In this document: positions 19,263-30,649 of the stretch, in pieces
Numbering within the stretch: the first letter of the stretch is position 1
Layout: each line of letters starts with the position of its first letter
The notes under the pieces: model-generated
Seen by the model: the letters and a program-made list of their open reading frames with translations, nothing else
Database searches by the model: none
Told to the model about the DNA's origin: nothing
Made by a program: the position numbers and the translations under genes
Assembly: GCA_963555755.3 (NCBI GenBank)
Contig: OY820905.2
Span: 1,920,001 to 1,984,000 of the forward strand
Direction of reading: 5' to 3'
DNA from: Nitrospirales bacterium
Lineage (GTDB): Bacteria > Nitrospirota > Nitrospiria > Nitrospirales > UBA8639
Length of the DNA: 64,000 nt

Positions 19263-19460
19263 ATGAGACAGGGAACCGCTTGTCCCAACCTGAATCATCG
19301 CCGTTCAAATGCCCCACTGCGCCACTGCATCATGTGTGGTGAAATGCTCAATCAAACCATTCCCGCTAGGCAATGTACTGTCCAAGACCATGCCAACAAG
19401 AGACGGCAAAGAGACCACTATTGTTCAGAGTGTGGTCTGCAACTCCACGAGGGGAGCTAA
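19263..19460 (+). CDS. Small Cys/His-rich putative zinc-binding protein
   Basis: CPNLNH, CIMCG, C..H, CSECG; GAGGAG RBS. Confidence 0.65.
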   Translation: MRQGTACPNLNHRRSNAPLRHCIMCGEMLNQTIPARQCTVQDHANKRRQRDHYCSECGLQLHEGS

Positions 19461-19551
19461 TAGAAATATGGCTGGTAACCAGTTGGACATAATTCAAAGC
19501 CTTTAATTATACCCACCTTCCTCGTCCAGCATCTATGGCATATTTTCCTTC

Positions 19552-19752
19552 GGGGAATGTTGAACCTAGAAACGGCAGTTGGGCGCAAAACCGCCGTTTC
19601 TAGGTTAAAATTTGTCCAGAGGTCTCTCGAAGGGAATTATGCTCTGAGTCCTTTGGTTTGGCTCAGGGTTGAGCAGCCTCATTCCTTCTGACCTATGAGA
19701 GTGTTGAGCAGTTGTCCCCAATTTGAAAATTTTTTGAATTTTTCAACAGGCC
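19552..19752. mobile_element. Degenerate family A-type element with nested 44-bp family E mini-element (19563-19606)
   Basis: ggggaatgttg|aacctagaaacggcag..ccgccgtttctaggtt|aaaa ... tcaacaggcc. Confidence 0.6.
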
Positions 19753-19851
19753 TCATAGCCATTCTGAAACCTCGAAACTACGACTCAATTGATATCCGCT
19801 TTCATCCTCTCTTTGGCAACCCGGATAAGATAACCCGTCGGGTAAAGGCTT

Positions 19852-20271
19852 TTAAGTATTCCAAGGGTTGATCAGGTGAAGATCACAACCTTGAAAGTCT
19901 TTAATGTTTCTTGTGGCAATTGATGCGTTGTGACTTTTTGCTATTGACGCGATGATGAGATCAATGGCGTCCACTCCTAGCCCTTTTTGCTCACGACGGG
20001 CAGCCAACTCTCCATATAACATGGCAGCCTGTTCATCAAAAGACAGTATTCTTCCTCCAAAAGCATCCCTGACAAAAGCCATGAAGTTTTGCTCAAGCGT
20101 TTTCTGTTTTTTCCCTTTGGGTAACCGTGCGAGACCGCGAAGGATTTCAGCAAGGGCAATGACGGTTAAGGTTAATTCTTGTGCTTTATGAAAATGAATC
20201 CATTGCTTGACGTGAGAATCAGGTTCTTCACGCATCAATTCGGAAATCACGTTAGTATCAAGAATAATCAT
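19852..20271 (-). CDS. vapC: VapC/FitB PIN-domain toxin
   Basis: MIILDTNVISE..D.IIASIA..ATRNIKDF. Confidence 0.92.
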   Translation of the reverse strand: MIILDTNVISELMREEPDSHVKQWIHFHKAQELTLTVIALAEILRGLARLPKGKKQKTLEQNFMAFVRDAFGGRILSFDEQAAMLYGELAARREQKGLGVDAIDLIIASIAKSHNASIATRNIKDFQGCDLHLINPWNT

Positions 20272-20516
20272 GTGCTGAAAGCAACGGGTTTTCGCGTTGA
20301 TCCACGTTTGGGCATTTTCAGATCAATGCCATTTTCTGGGCCAAAGTATTGTTCAGCCAAATTCAGAATGTTGATTGGTGTAAAGGTTTTTACGCTGGAT
20401 GCTTGTTGGAGAATAAGCCGTGCATGGGCTTCCAGAGAAATTCCTGATTGTGCCGCCTGGACACGAAGAATTTCTTTCGTCTTATCCGGTAAATCTCGAA
20501 TGGTAATGTTGGCCAT
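20268..20516 (-). CDS. FitA-like ribbon-helix-helix antitoxin
   Basis: ANITIRDLPD..LRVQAA..SLEAHARLIL; overlaps the vapC start. Confidence 0.88.
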   Translation of the reverse strand: MANITIRDLPDKTKEILRVQAAQSGISLEAHARLILQQASSVKTFTPINILNLAEQYFGPENGIDLKMPKRGSTRKPVAFST

Positions 20517-20535
20517 GCCTCACCCCCTTCTTTCA

Positions 20536-20557
20536 GAATCATTGCAATCAATGATTC
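20536..20557. promoter_or_regulatory. Palindromic operator upstream of fitAB-like TA pair
   Basis: gaatcattg-caat-caatgattc perfect 9-bp inverted repeat. Confidence 0.6.
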
Positions 20558-20657
20558 CAATGATAACATCAATATCGATGAAAGGAAAGAGGGCGGCATG
20601 CCACATTCGGAATGGGGAAATGAGAGACCCTGAGGGAGGAGATGCAACAAGGAAGGG

Positions 20658-22094
20658 TCAAGAACACGATGCGGCTAGACTCTTTCCTGCCCGCAGATAA
20701 GCCTCAACCCCAGCAGCAGCTTGGCGGCCTTCAGCAATAGCCCAGACAATCAGAGATGCCCCGCGCTTGGTATCACCCGCGGCAAAAACACCGTCTTTGC
20801 TGGTCATAAAATTTTCATCCGCCGAGACGTTACCTCGTGCATCATAGTTCACACCCAGACTGTCGAGCAATCCATTTTTAACCGGCCCCGTAAAGCCCAT
20901 GGCCAACAACACCAAATCCGCATCCATGTCAAATTCCGTACCTTGGACTGGTGTAAATTTTCCTGCTTCAAACGAAACCTGATGCCCGTGCAATTTGATG
21001 ACTTGGCCATTCTCGCCGGAGAACTTGGTGGTTGAGACACTCCATTGTCGGTCACAGCCTTCTTCGTGGGAATGCGAGGTGCGCAATTGCATCGGCCAGA
21101 GCGGCCACGGCGTGGACTCCGCACGCAGAGGGGGCGGTTCGGGCAATAATTCGAATTGATGCACTTCGATGCACCCTTGACGGTGCGCGGTCCCAAGACA
21201 GTCTGATCCTGTGTCTCCTCCGCCAATAATAATGACCTTCTTCCCTTTGGCGGTAATTTGCTCCACAGAAAGGGAATCGCCGGCATTGGATTTATTTTGC
21301 TGGGTAAGATACTCCATCGCAAAGTGGACGCCATTGAGTTCCCTGCCCGGCACTGGGAGATCACGCGGCTGTTCCGCCCCCAGGGCGAGACAGACCGCAT
21401 CAAACTGTCGGGCCAGGCCCTCTCCTGTGACATCCTCACCCACGTTCACGCTGGTTTCGAATTGCACGCCTTCGGCTTTCATTTGATCAAGTCGTCGATC
21501 GATGACCCACTTTTCCATTTTAAAATCCGGGATGCCGTAACGTAGAAGCCCGCCGATCCGGTCAGCTTTTTCATACACCGTCACACTGTATCCGGCTCGA
21601 GCCAGTTGCTGGGCAGCGGCCAACCCTGCCGGCCCTGATCCCACCACAGCAACCTTCTTTCCAGTTTTGACCACTGGCATGATCGGTTCAACCCACCCTT
21701 CATCGAACCCGCGATCGATAATGTTCCATTCCACGACTCGAATGGACACTGGATCGGCATTGATACCAAGCACGCATGCGGATTCGCATGGCGCGGGGCA
21801 CAACCGACCAGTAAATTCAGGAAAGTTGTTCGTGGAATGGAGCGCCTTGAGTGCATCCTTCCAACGACCACGGTGGACCAGATCGTTCCATTCCGGGATC
21901 AAGTTGACGACGGGACAGCCGTTGTTGCTCTGGCAAAAGGGCACGCCACAATCCATGCACCGGCCACCCTGGTTTCGGAGCTTGTCTTCTGAAAAGGGTT
22001 CATACATCTCGTTCCAGTCCAGAACGCGCAGTTCGACCGGACGCCGGGTGGGACCTTCTCTGGAAAATTTCACGAACCCTCGTGGATCACCCAT
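20658..22094 (-). CDS. gltD: Glutamate synthase small subunit
   Basis: [25 protein letters not shown]. Confidence 0.97.
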   Translation of the reverse strand: MGDPRGFVKFSREGPTRRPVELRVLDWNEMYEPFSEDKLRNQGGRCMDCGVPFCQSNNGCPVVNLIPEWNDLVHRGRWKDALKALHSTNNFPEFTGRLCPAPCESACVLGINADPVSIRVVEWNIIDRGFDEGWVEPIMPVVKTGKKVAVVGSGPAGLAAAQQLARAGYSVTVYEKADRIGGLLRYGIPDFKMEKWVIDRRLDQMKAEGVQFETSVNVGEDVTGEGLARQFDAVCLALGAEQPRDLPVPGRELNGVHFAMEYLTQQNKSNAGDSLSVEQITAKGKKVIIIGGGDTGSDCLGTAHRQGCIEVHQFELLPEPPPLRAESTPWPLWPMQLRTSHSHEEGCDRQWSVSTTKFSGENGQVIKLHGHQVSFEAGKFTPVQGTEFDMDADLVLLAMGFTGPVKNGLLDSLGVNYDARGNVSADENFMTSKDGVFAAGDTKRGASLIVWAIAEGRQAAAGVEAYLRAGKSLAASCS

Positions 22095-25000
22095 AGGCCA
22101 TCACCTGCTTTTCGCTGCTGCCTTTTTTGGCCGACGCTTTGCGTTCAGCCAAAACCCGTTTGTAATCCACGGGCATCACCTTCACAAACTTGGAAAGCAT
22201 CGTTTGCCAGGAATCTAATACCATCTGAGCTCTTCGGCTTCCCGTATACCGAACGTGGTTTTCAATCATAGTTTTCAAGGTTCGAATATCTTCAGCAGCC
22301 ATGACTTTTTCAAGCTCCACCATGCCCAGATTGCAGCGAGATTCAAACTTACCATCCTCGTTGAGCACATAGGCCTCACCACCGGACATCCCAGCCGCAA
22401 AATTCCGACCGGTTGGCCCTAACACCACCACGACACCTCCGGTCATGTATTCACAGCAATGATCACCCGTGCCTTCTATCACCGCACGCACGCCACTGTT
22501 TCTCACGGCAAAGCGTTCTCCTGCCATGCCGTAAAAATAACATTCCCCTTTGGTGGCGCCATAGAGTGAGGTGTTCCCGATCAAAATCGTCTCTTCCGGT
22601 TTGAACGTACAGCCCTTCGGTGGCGTGACAATAATTTTTCCACCTGACAGACCTTTGCCAAGATAATCATTCGATTCGCCTTCAAGTGTGAGGGTAATGC
22701 CCTGCGAAACAAACGCGCCAAATGACTGACCGGCTGATCCGGTAAAATTCAGCGTGATGGTATCAGGCGGAAGACCCTCCTCTCCGTACTTTCTGGCGAT
22801 GTGGCTGGATAAAATCGTCCCGGTCGTGCGGTCCGTATTGTGAATGGGCAAATCACAGACCACCTTCTCTCCTCGCTCAATAGCCTGTTGGCACAGCTCA
22901 ACCAGTTTATTGTCCATCACTTTATCCAAGCCATGGTCCTGAGAATCAACGCAAAACGTTTTCACATGAGGTTCGACCTCAGGTTTCCACAGCAACAGCG
23001 ACAGATCCAATCCTTTGGCTTTCCAGTGGTCGAGAGCCTTTTCTACCTTGAGTTTATCGACTTGGCCAATCATATCGGTAAATATTTTGAATCCGAGTTT
23101 GGCCATCAGTTGCCGGACTTCCTCTGCGACAAAAAAGAAATAATTCACTACATGATCAGGCTGACCGGTAAACCGTTTGCGAAGTTCGGGATCTTGCGTG
23201 GCCACGCCCACCGGGCAGGTATTCAGATGGCACTTCCGCATCATGATGCAGCCTTCCACAATCAGCGGTGCGGTGGAAAATCCAAATTCTTCGGCGCCAA
23301 GCAGTGCGGCAATCACCACATCGCGTCCAGTTTTCATTTGTCCATCCGTCTCGACACGAATGCGGCCACGAAGATCGTTGAGCACCAACGTCTGATGCGT
23401 TTCAGCCAACCCCAGCTCCCAGGGAATTCCCGCATATTTGATCGAGGACAGTGGCGACGCGCCAGTCCCACCAGAGTCGCCACTGATCAACACTTTATCC
23501 GCATGCGCTTTAGACACCCCCGCAGCCACCGTGCCCACACCAACCTCGGACACTAACTTCACCGACACATCCGCCTCAGGGTTCGAATTCTTGAGATCAA
23601 AAATAAGTTGTGCGAGATCTTCAATCGAATAAATATCATGATGCGGCGGCGGAGAAATCAGTCCCACACCCGGCATAGAAAACCGCATCGTGGCAATGGC
23701 GTCGTCCACTTTATGACCGGGCAGTTGCCCCCCTTCACCAGGCTTGGCGCCTTGCGCCATTTTTATTTGCAGCTCTTTCGCATGAATCAAATAATTCGCG
23801 GTTACTCCAAAACGCCCTGAGGCCACTTGTTTGATATAGGAATTCTTCGAATCCCCATTCGGCAACGGCACGAATCGCGCGGCATCTTCCCCGCCCTCGC
23901 CGGTGTTACTCTTGCCACCAATGCGGTTCATGGCAATCGCCAGGGTTTCATGCGCTTCTTTGCTGATCGCACCATAGGACATCGCGCCAGTCGTGAAACG
24001 CTTCACGATATCTTTCGCTGACTCAACTTCTTCGATGGGAACGGGTTCAGGCGCGAATTGGAAATCAAACAATCCACGAAGGTTTGAGCGACGTGTGCTC
24101 TCGTTATTGACCAGCTCCGAAAACTCTTCGTAGGTTTTGGCATCATTAGCTTGTGTGGCATGCTGTAATTTCAAGATGGTTTCCGGATTCCAATTATGAT
24201 GTTCCCCCTGGATGCGGTAGTGAATTTCACTCCCGAAATCGAGTTGCCGTATGGGTGCGGGTTGATAGGCCACCGAATGCCGACGCAAGGTTTCTTCCCC
24301 AATTTCCCGCATGCCAATGCCTTCAACACGCGAGGCCGTTCCCGTGAAGTACAGATCCACGAGTTCTTGGCGCAGTCCCACTGCCTCGAAAATTTGTGCG
24401 CCACAATAAGACTGCACCGTAGAAATTCCCATCTTGGAAAAGATCTTGAGTAGCCCCTTATTGATGGCCTTAATAAATTTTTCCGAGGCTGTCTCCGCAT
24501 CCACTCCTTCTGGCAAATACCCTTCACGTTCCAAATCCACATAGGTTTCAAACACCAGGTAGGGGTTGATCACACCAGCGCCATAGCCAATCAAACAGGC
24601 GAAATGGTGGACATCACGCGGCTCACCGGTTTCAAGAATCAACCCCACTTCGGTCCGTGTGGCCTCCCGCACCAAATGATGATGAACCGCCGCGATTCCC
24701 AAGAGACTGGGAATTGGAGCCCACTCTTCATTGACCCCACGGTCACTTAACATTAAAAATTTGTACCCGTCCTTGATCGCTTTGGACGCATTCTGACAGA
24801 GCTGATCCACTGCAGTCCCTAAGCCATCCGGGCCTTCAGCCACGCGGAACAACATCGATAACGTTTTACTGGCAAAATTGGGGTCTTCGAACTCACGAAG
24901 TTTCTGCAACTCGGCATTCGTCAAAATCGGTTGCCGGACTTTAATGCGGCGACAGGCTTCCGGCGTTTCCGCGATCAGGTTCGGTTTGGGCCCTATGTTC

Positions 25001-26643
25001 GTGACCAGCGACATCACGAGCTGTTCACGAATTGGATCAATAGGCGGATTCGTGACTTGTGCAAAGAGTTGTTTGAAATACTTCGAGAGCAGCTGAGGAC
25101 GATCGGAGAGAACCGCTAACGGCGTGTCGGTCCCCATCGAAGAAGTCGGCTCTTCGCCATTAATGCCCATTGGCGAAAGCACCATCTTGAGCTCTTCGAT
25201 GGTGACACCAAATACCTGTTGTCGTTGACGGAGGGTTTGGTGGTCCGGTTGAGGCACACTCAATGGCTCGGGGAGTTCATCCAACGACACGCGATGTTGG
25301 GTCAGCCAGGAACGGTACGGCTTACGCCCGACAATATCGGCTTTGATTTCTTCATCGTCGATAATTCGGCCCTGAATCGTATCCACGACAAACATCCGTC
25401 CAGGTTGGAGCCGGCCTTTCTCACGAATATTTTTCGCCTCGGTGGGAAGCACGCCGGCTTCAGATGCCAGGATAACCAGATCATCCGTGGTGACCTGATA
25501 ACGACAGGGACGCAACCCATTACGATCGAGCGTCGCACCAATGAGCTTGCCATCCGTAAAGGCCACGGCCGCCGGACCATCCCAGGGTTCCATCATCGCG
25601 GCGTGATATTCGTAGAACCCGCGCCGCTCTAGGCTCATACTAGGATTCCCGACCCACGGTTCCGGGATGAGCATCATCATCGCGTGGGGCAACGATCGCC
25701 CCGCCATCACCAAAAACTCGACCGCGTTGTCCAGACAGGCGGAATCGCTTTGGTTTTCATAGACGATCGGATACAGCTTTTCCAGATCCTTCCCAAACAA
25801 GTCCGACTGCAATCGACCTTGTCGGGCACGCATCCAATTGACATTGCCACGGAGCGTATTGATCTCGCCATTGTGAACCGTATACCGATAGGGATGAGCC
25901 AAAGTCCACGTGGGAAAGGTGTTCGTGCTAAACCGCGAATGCACCAATCCAAGCGCCGTCACCATGCTGGAATCTTCCAAGTCCGAAAAAAAGTGGCCTA
26001 ACTGTTCCGGCAACAGCATGCCCTTATAGACGATCGTATTCGCGGATAGGCTGCAGATGTACACCTTGCCACGCTCGACCAACGCCGATTCCCGAATTGC
26101 GCGAGCAATGCGCTTTCGCACGACATAGAGCTTCCGCTCAAATTGCGCTTCATTCAAAATGTCTCGAGCGATAAAGAATTGCCGGATGTACGGGAGGGTT
26201 TGCTTGGCTTGATCCCCAACGTGTTCAAGCTTGACTGGCACATCACGCCAGCCTAAAAACCGCACGCCTTCTTCACGAATAATTGTTTCAAAAAGCCCTT
26301 CGCACTGACGGCGCAACGGCACATCTTGTGGGAGGAACACCATACCAACGCCATAGCCACCGGATTCGGAAAGCGTAATCCCAATATCCGCCGCCGCTCG
26401 ACGAAAAAATTCGTGCGAGATCTGCATGAGGATTCCCGCCCCATCCCCAGTACAGGGATCGCACCCCTGAGCCCCTCGATGGTGAAGATTCTTTAAAACC
26501 TGGAGGGCCTTCTGAATAATGTCGTGGGACTTGTGCCCTTTAATATTGGCCACAAACCCGATCCCACACCCATCCTTTTCAAAACGGGGATCGTATAGCC
26601 CTTGCTTGGGCGGCATGCCGTAGAAATTGGTTTGATCAGCCAT
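22087..26643 (-). CDS. gltB: Glutamate synthase large subunit
   Basis: N-terminal CGIGF amidotransferase, FMN domain, [12 protein letters not shown], 1518 aa. Confidence 0.98.
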   Translation of the reverse strand: MADQTNFYGMPPKQGLYDPRFEKDGCGIGFVANIKGHKSHDIIQKALQVLKNLHHRGAQGCDPCTGDGAGILMQISHEFFRRAAADIGITLSESGGYGVGMVFLPQDVPLRRQCEGLFETIIREEGVRFLGWRDVPVKLEHVGDQAKQTLPYIRQFFIARDILNEAQFERKLYVVRKRIARAIRESALVERGKVYICSLSANTIVYKGMLLPEQLGHFFSDLEDSSMVTALGLVHSRFSTNTFPTWTLAHPYRYTVHNGEINTLRGNVNWMRARQGRLQSDLFGKDLEKLYPIVYENQSDSACLDNAVEFLVMAGRSLPHAMMMLIPEPWVGNPSMSLERRGFYEYHAAMMEPWDGPAAVAFTDGKLIGATLDRNGLRPCRYQVTTDDLVILASEAGVLPTEAKNIREKGRLQPGRMFVVDTIQGRIIDDEEIKADIVGRKPYRSWLTQHRVSLDELPEPLSVPQPDHQTLRQRQQVFGVTIEELKMVLSPMGINGEEPTSSMGTDTPLAVLSDRPQLLSKYFKQLFAQVTNPPIDPIREQLVMSLVTNIGPKPNLIAETPEACRRIKVRQPILTNAELQKLREFEDPNFASKTLSMLFRVAEGPDGLGTAVDQLCQNASKAIKDGYKFLMLSDRGVNEEWAPIPSLLGIAAVHHHLVREATRTEVGLILETGEPRDVHHFACLIGYGAGVINPYLVFETYVDLEREGYLPEGVDAETASEKFIKAINKGLLKIFSKMGISTVQSYCGAQIFEAVGLRQELVDLYFTGTASRVEGIGMREIGEETLRRHSVAYQPAPIRQLDFGSEIHYRIQGEHHNWNPETILKLQHATQANDAKTYEEFSELVNNESTRRSNLRGLFDFQFAPEPVPIEEVESAKDIVKRFTTGAMSYGAISKEAHETLAIAMNRIGGKSNTGEGGEDAARFVPLPNGDSKNSYIKQVASGRFGVTANYLIHAKELQIKMAQGAKPGEGGQLPGHKVDDAIATMRFSMPGVGLISPPPHHDIYSIEDLAQLIFDLKNSNPEADVSVKLVSEVGVGTVAAGVSKAHADKVLISGDSGGTGASPLSSIKYAGIPWELGLAETHQTLVLNDLRGRIRVETDGQMKTGRDVVIAALLGAEEFGFSTAPLIVEGCIMMRKCHLNTCPVGVATQDPELRKRFTGQPDHVVNYFFFVAEEVRQLMAKLGFKIFTDMIGQVDKLKVEKALDHWKAKGLDLSLLLWKPEVEPHVKTFCVDSQDHGLDKVMDNKLVELCQQAIERGEKVVCDLPIHNTDRTTGTILSSHIARKYGEEGLPPDTITLNFTGSAGQSFGAFVSQGITLTLEGESNDYLGKGLSGGKIIVTPPKGCTFKPEETILIGNTSLYGATKGECYFYGMAGERFAVRNSGVRAVIEGTGDHCCEYMTGGVVVVLGPTGRNFAAGMSGGEAYVLNEDGKFESRCNLGMVELEKVMAAEDIRTLKTMIENHVRYTGSRRAQMVLDSWQTMLSKFVKVMPVDYKRVLAERKASAKKGSSEKQVMAYG

Positions 26644-26862
26644 AGTTCTTTACACCAAATTCCATCGTCAGCGATTCCATGACGATGATCTCATCCCACG
26701 CGAATTTGAAGAGTGCCCCCTCCAATTCCTTCACACTAACTCATTCAAAGAAAAGGGAAATGGTGGGAAAAATAGGCAATTCTGAAATCTACTTGAAGAA
26801 TTCTGAGGGTGTCAAGGAACTGTGTGCCCCGAAAAGGTTACCTAGGATTGTCAAAAAAATAA

Positions 26863-27123
26863 TCAGGACCGCCTTTTATAAATATCACGGCGATGGCCAA
26901 TACGTAATACCACAATATCAGACTCGACTAGATCAAAAATGATACGGTAATCCCCAACTCGAAATCGGTAAGATCCAAGTTGAGAATTCGTAAGTTTTTC
27001 GGCGTGTTTTAGGGGAGCGGATTGGAATCGAAGAAGTGCCTTGCGAAGCCGGACTTTTATCGAATCATCAAATTTTTCTAGATCCTTGATCGCCCGATGC
27101 GTAATACGATAGTGAAAGATCAC
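26863..27123 (-). CDS. relE: RelE/ParE family toxin
   Basis: AIKDLEK..KL..YRFRVGDYRIIF..IGHRRDIY. Confidence 0.9.
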   Translation of the reverse strand: MIFHYRITHRAIKDLEKFDDSIKVRLRKALLRFQSAPLKHAEKLTNSQLGSYRFRVGDYRIIFDLVESDIVVLRIGHRRDIYKRRS

Positions 27124-27320
27124 TACCCAAACACCTCTTTTAACGTCTTCACTTTCCCTTTTTTATATTCGGCCCTTGCCTCCCTAATACTAGCTAAATA
27201 GTCTGGTGAAGTTGAGGCCAAGAGGTCTTCCAAAAATGCCTCACGTTGTTTTTTTTTCATTTGCTTGACAGCTTGAATAATGGTCTCAGGTTGTACGTGC
27301 ATGATGACGGATGTAGCCAA
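27123..27320 (-). CDS. Antitoxin of RelE pair
   Basis: 65 aa, coupled to the toxin; SIREARAEYKKGKV..L.EVF tail. Confidence 0.75.
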   Translation of the reverse strand: MATSVIMHVQPETIIQAVKQMKKKQREAFLEDLLASTSPDYLASIREARAEYKKGKVKTLKEVFG

Positions 27321-27357
27321 AATTTACCTCCTCCCGGAAATGATACGCATGACTAAA

Positions 27358-27386
27358 ATCGTAGGTCACAAAACCTTGAAAGTCAA
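27358..27386 (-). promoter_or_regulatory. Sigma70-type promoter of the relBE-like pair
   Basis: TTGACT-17-TACGAT on minus strand. Confidence 0.6.
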
Positions 27387-27514
27387 TGGACAGGCGTACC
27401 CCTCAAAAAACGAAGCCCCGTCACAAACAGAAAAAGGTAAGGGCGATGGCACCTTCTCCACAATCAGAATAACTTTTATGCAATGGAGCACTTCGATTTA
27501 GGGTATGAAGGGTG

Positions 27515-28042
27515 TCAAAAAATCAGCCCCCTCTCGGATAAAAAGCTGAGAATTTTCGACAGACTCTCCGCCTGGGGTTCAAGTGAGGTTTTCAGGACCA
27601 AATCCGGGCTGGTTGGAACTTCGTAAGAATCTGAGACGCCGGTGAAATGTTGGATTTCACCGGCGCGGGCTTTTTTATACATCCCCTTCACATCTCGGGC
27701 CTGGCACACCTCCAACGGACAATCCACGAAAACCTCGACATAATTTTCAAACTCTTTTCTGATTTCGTCACGAGCCTCCTGATAGGGTGATATAGCAGCA
27801 ACAATAGCCACGACTCCGTGACGAGCCAAGAGATGCGCAACATAGGCAATTCGCCGGACATTTTCCATCCGGTCTTCTTTGGAAAACCCTAGACCTTTGG
27901 TCAAACGCTGACGAACAATATCCCCATCAAAAATTTCCGAAGGCACTCCCTTAGCCTTCCAATATTCATGAAGAAGACGAGCCAACGTGCTCTTTCCTGA
28001 ACACGGCAACCCGGTAAACCAAATAACAGATCCTGCTTTCAA
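27515..28042 (-). CDS. cysC: Adenylyl-sulfate kinase
   Basis: WFTGLPCSGKST, DGD, LGFSKEDR, RDVKGMYKKA..FTGV. Confidence 0.95.
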   Translation of the reverse strand: MKAGSVIWFTGLPCSGKSTLARLLHEYWKAKGVPSEIFDGDIVRQRLTKGLGFSKEDRMENVRRIAYVAHLLARHGVVAIVAAISPYQEARDEIRKEFENYVEVFVDCPLEVCQARDVKGMYKKARAGEIQHFTGVSDSYEVPTSPDLVLKTSLEPQAESLSKILSFLSERGLIF

Positions 28043-28310
28043 AGCATCCTCCCGTGTTACTTAAACCCAAAATTATGAATAGCAACTTGTGGTTATACAT
28101 AAACTAGGCTCAGAGACCAATGACTGCTGGGGCGAAATTTAGGAGCCTACCAAATTCGCAGCCAAAAATCTTGATGGGTTCGCCAAACTAATTTTACCTG
28201 GGGACCCTTAATCCTACCCTGCTATTTGGAGACAATGCCAAGTTCCTTAACCGTACAAAATACCTGTCCAACGGTCACCCCCTCGAAAGAGTTATAACCC
28301 TCTGCCTACC

Positions 28311-28339
28311 TTGACAATCTCCAGACCCCACCCTACTAT
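28311..28339 (+). promoter_or_regulatory. Sigma70 promoter, probably giving a leaderless ispB mRNA
   Basis: TTGACA-17-TACTAT ending 6 nt before ATG 28346. Confidence 0.65.
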
Positions 28340-28345
28340 CGTCGG

Positions 28346-29356
28346 ATGGCTAATGGTCACTCTCAAGTTGCTCCGTCGTCGCTGACCATGGATGAGGTCT
28401 TCGAGGCCTATCGAGAGGATCTTGAGGAAATCGAAGCCCACATTCGTCGAAATTTGGACTCCGAAGCCCCGCTCATTAATGAGATTGCCGCCCATATTTT
28501 AAATGGAGGTGGCAAGCGCATTCGTCCTCTTCTCCTGAGTCTCTGTGCACGCCTGAACGGCTATGTTCCGAAACAGGATTTGGTTCTCGGAAGCCTCATC
28601 GAATTTATCCATACCGCCACATTGCTTCACGACGACGTGCTAGACGAAGCTGACCTCCGTCGCGGGCAACGGACCGCTCGACGCATCTGGGGCAACCATG
28701 CCAGTATTTTAGTCGGTGACTACCTGTATGCCCGTGCCATGCAAGAAATCGCGGCGTTCCAAAACCATGACGTGAATGATGTCATGGCCATTGCCTGCCG
28801 CAAAATGGCCGAAGGTGAGATCCTGCAACTATGCGCAAATCGCCAGCCCCTGCTACAGGAGGCTGACTACCTGCGCATTGTTGAATACAAGACTGGCGCG
28901 TTGGTGGCCTCGGCCTGCAAAGTAGGGGCAATTATCAGCGGCACCTCGCCAATGCACCAAGACAGGCTCTACCAGTTTGGGTTGTACTTGGGTATTGCGT
29001 TTCAGCTAGCTGATGATCAGTTAGATTACACAGCTAACGGAGAGAGTTTAGGCAAGACCTTGGGACAGGATCTGATGCAAGGCATGATCACTCTTCCACT
29101 CCTGCATCTCTTACAAGCCTGCTCGTATGAGGAGCGCCAGGAACTTACACGCAACATTGAATCCAAAACCATTGAGGAAAATGATTTACTTCATATTACG
29201 ACTATGATGGACCAGTATGGATCGCTTCAATACACGACCACCCGCTCCCTAGAGTATATTAACGCTGCACGGTTAATCCTCGACTCCTTTGAAGACTCGC
29301 CCGCCAAACGGGCTCTCGCCGTCGTCGCCGATTACATGGTCAACAGGGACCGATAA
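28346..29356 (+). CDS. ispB: Polyprenyl (octaprenyl) diphosphate synthase
   Basis: GGKRIRP, HDDVLD..RRG, KTG, DDQLDY. Confidence 0.92.
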   Translation: MANGHSQVAPSSLTMDEVFEAYREDLEEIEAHIRRNLDSEAPLINEIAAHILNGGGKRIRPLLLSLCARLNGYVPKQDLVLGSLIEFIHTATLLHDDVLDEADLRRGQRTARRIWGNHASILVGDYLYARAMQEIAAFQNHDVNDVMAIACRKMAEGEILQLCANRQPLLQEADYLRIVEYKTGALVASACKVGAIISGTSPMHQDRLYQFGLYLGIAFQLADDQLDYTANGESLGKTLGQDLMQGMITLPLLHLLQACSYEERQELTRNIESKTIEENDLLHITTMMDQYGSLQYTTTRSLEYINAARLILDSFEDSPAKRALAVVADYMVNRDR

Positions 29357-29491
29357 CGGCCTATCCACTTCCCGCCTATTTCTTTCTCAATTTTCAGCTC
29401 CACGCACCGTAAAAAGCCGACAGACCTAGTCCCTTCAACCAGAATTTCCAGTAGAAAATGAGGCCTTCTTCCGTGTTGTCATTTCGACCAG

Positions 29492-29601
29492 GGTGAGAAG
29501 ACGAGAAAAGGGGGTCAGACTCGATTTAATTGCGGAGTCGCTGACCGCAGCATGTGTAATGTATTAAATCGAGTCTGACCCCTTTTTCGCGTTTTCTCAC
29601 C
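29492..29601. repeat. REP-like inverted repeat GGGGTCAGACTCGATTTAAT
   Basis: aaaagggggtcagactcgatttaat ... attaaatcgagtctgacccctttt, with outer arms ggtgagaagacg / cgttttctcacc. Confidence 0.85.
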
Positions 29602-29649
29602 ACCTCCCTCACTTCGTGTCGGGACAAGGAGGTAAAAAATTGAAATTTC

Positions 29650-30642
29650 TTAGGAGGAAGGATTCGTAGAGGATACTACCGGTTTCTCTTTCAGGAGGAC
29701 TAACAATAGCAGACCGATCAATATCCAGAGGACTTCGCGCAGTCGGCGGATCAACGCAAAGGTAATGCCCGTGACTTCGTCGTATCCAAAACTCAGGAGC
29801 AAAAAGAGATACCCGCCTTCCTGAGCCCCAAGACTCCCCGGGATAAAGAATCCGGCCCCTTTGATCAACACTGAAATCGCGGCAATGGAAAAGGCTGACA
29901 GCAGGGTGACGTCCATACCCAGGAAATACAATATGGCGTACACCTCGAATGTCTCGATCGACCACGCCACAAAATAAATCAACACGGCAAACCGAAAGGT
30001 GCCGCCTCGTTCACGATAAAACCCTCGAATGGTGTTGTCTAAGTCTAGCAGCTGGGTTTCACGGGATTCCAGAAATCGTATTGGTAGCCGGATCTTTCGA
30101 AGAATGGTGAGTAGTCCTAACCCAATGCCATACCGTTGAATCACAAACAGCAGGAGTAATCCAAACGCGAGCATGCCCAGACCCACACCCGCCATCAGCA
30201 CATTGTAGCCGGATCCTCCGAGGATCCAAAACGTCAGGACAATCCCCAGGAGCATAAAGAGTATCTGGGCCAGGACCATGGCGGTCTTCGCGGTCACGAG
30301 GGAAGCCAACCCATCAACCACGGGAACATCATATGGTTTAAGCAGGTAGGCTTTCATGGGTTCTCCAACCACTATCCCGGTCGGCGTGGTGACATTGATC
30401 GCTTCTCCTGCCATCCGCACGGCGAACAAGCGAAGAAAGCTCACTCGATCGGCCCAAGGTCCCAGGGTAAGCTGCCACCCGTACGCCTCGAGTACATACA
30501 CGGCGAGAAGAGGCAACAAAATAATGCCAATTGAAACCACGCCCAACTGTTCAGTGGTGTGGACGATCTGAGATGGCCCAATGTGCCAAATCAACCCACC
30601 GAGTACCGTAAGACCGATAACAAGGAAGACGAGTCGAATCAT
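29650..30642 (-). CDS. Lysylphosphatidylglycerol synthase TM/flippase-like (UPF0104) membrane protein
   Basis: GEAINVTTP..VGEPMKAYLL, IPGSLGAQEGG, IRRLRE. Confidence 0.85.
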   Translation of the reverse strand: MIRLVFLVIGLTVLGGLIWHIGPSQIVHTTEQLGVVSIGIILLPLLAVYVLEAYGWQLTLGPWADRVSFLRLFAVRMAGEAINVTTPTGIVVGEPMKAYLLKPYDVPVVDGLASLVTAKTAMVLAQILFMLLGIVLTFWILGGSGYNVLMAGVGLGMLAFGLLLLFVIQRYGIGLGLLTILRKIRLPIRFLESRETQLLDLDNTIRGFYRERGGTFRFAVLIYFVAWSIETFEVYAILYFLGMDVTLLSAFSIAAISVLIKGAGFFIPGSLGAQEGGYLFLLLSFGYDEVTGITFALIRRLREVLWILIGLLLLVLLKEKPVVSSTNPSS

Positions 30643-30649
30643 TGGGTTA

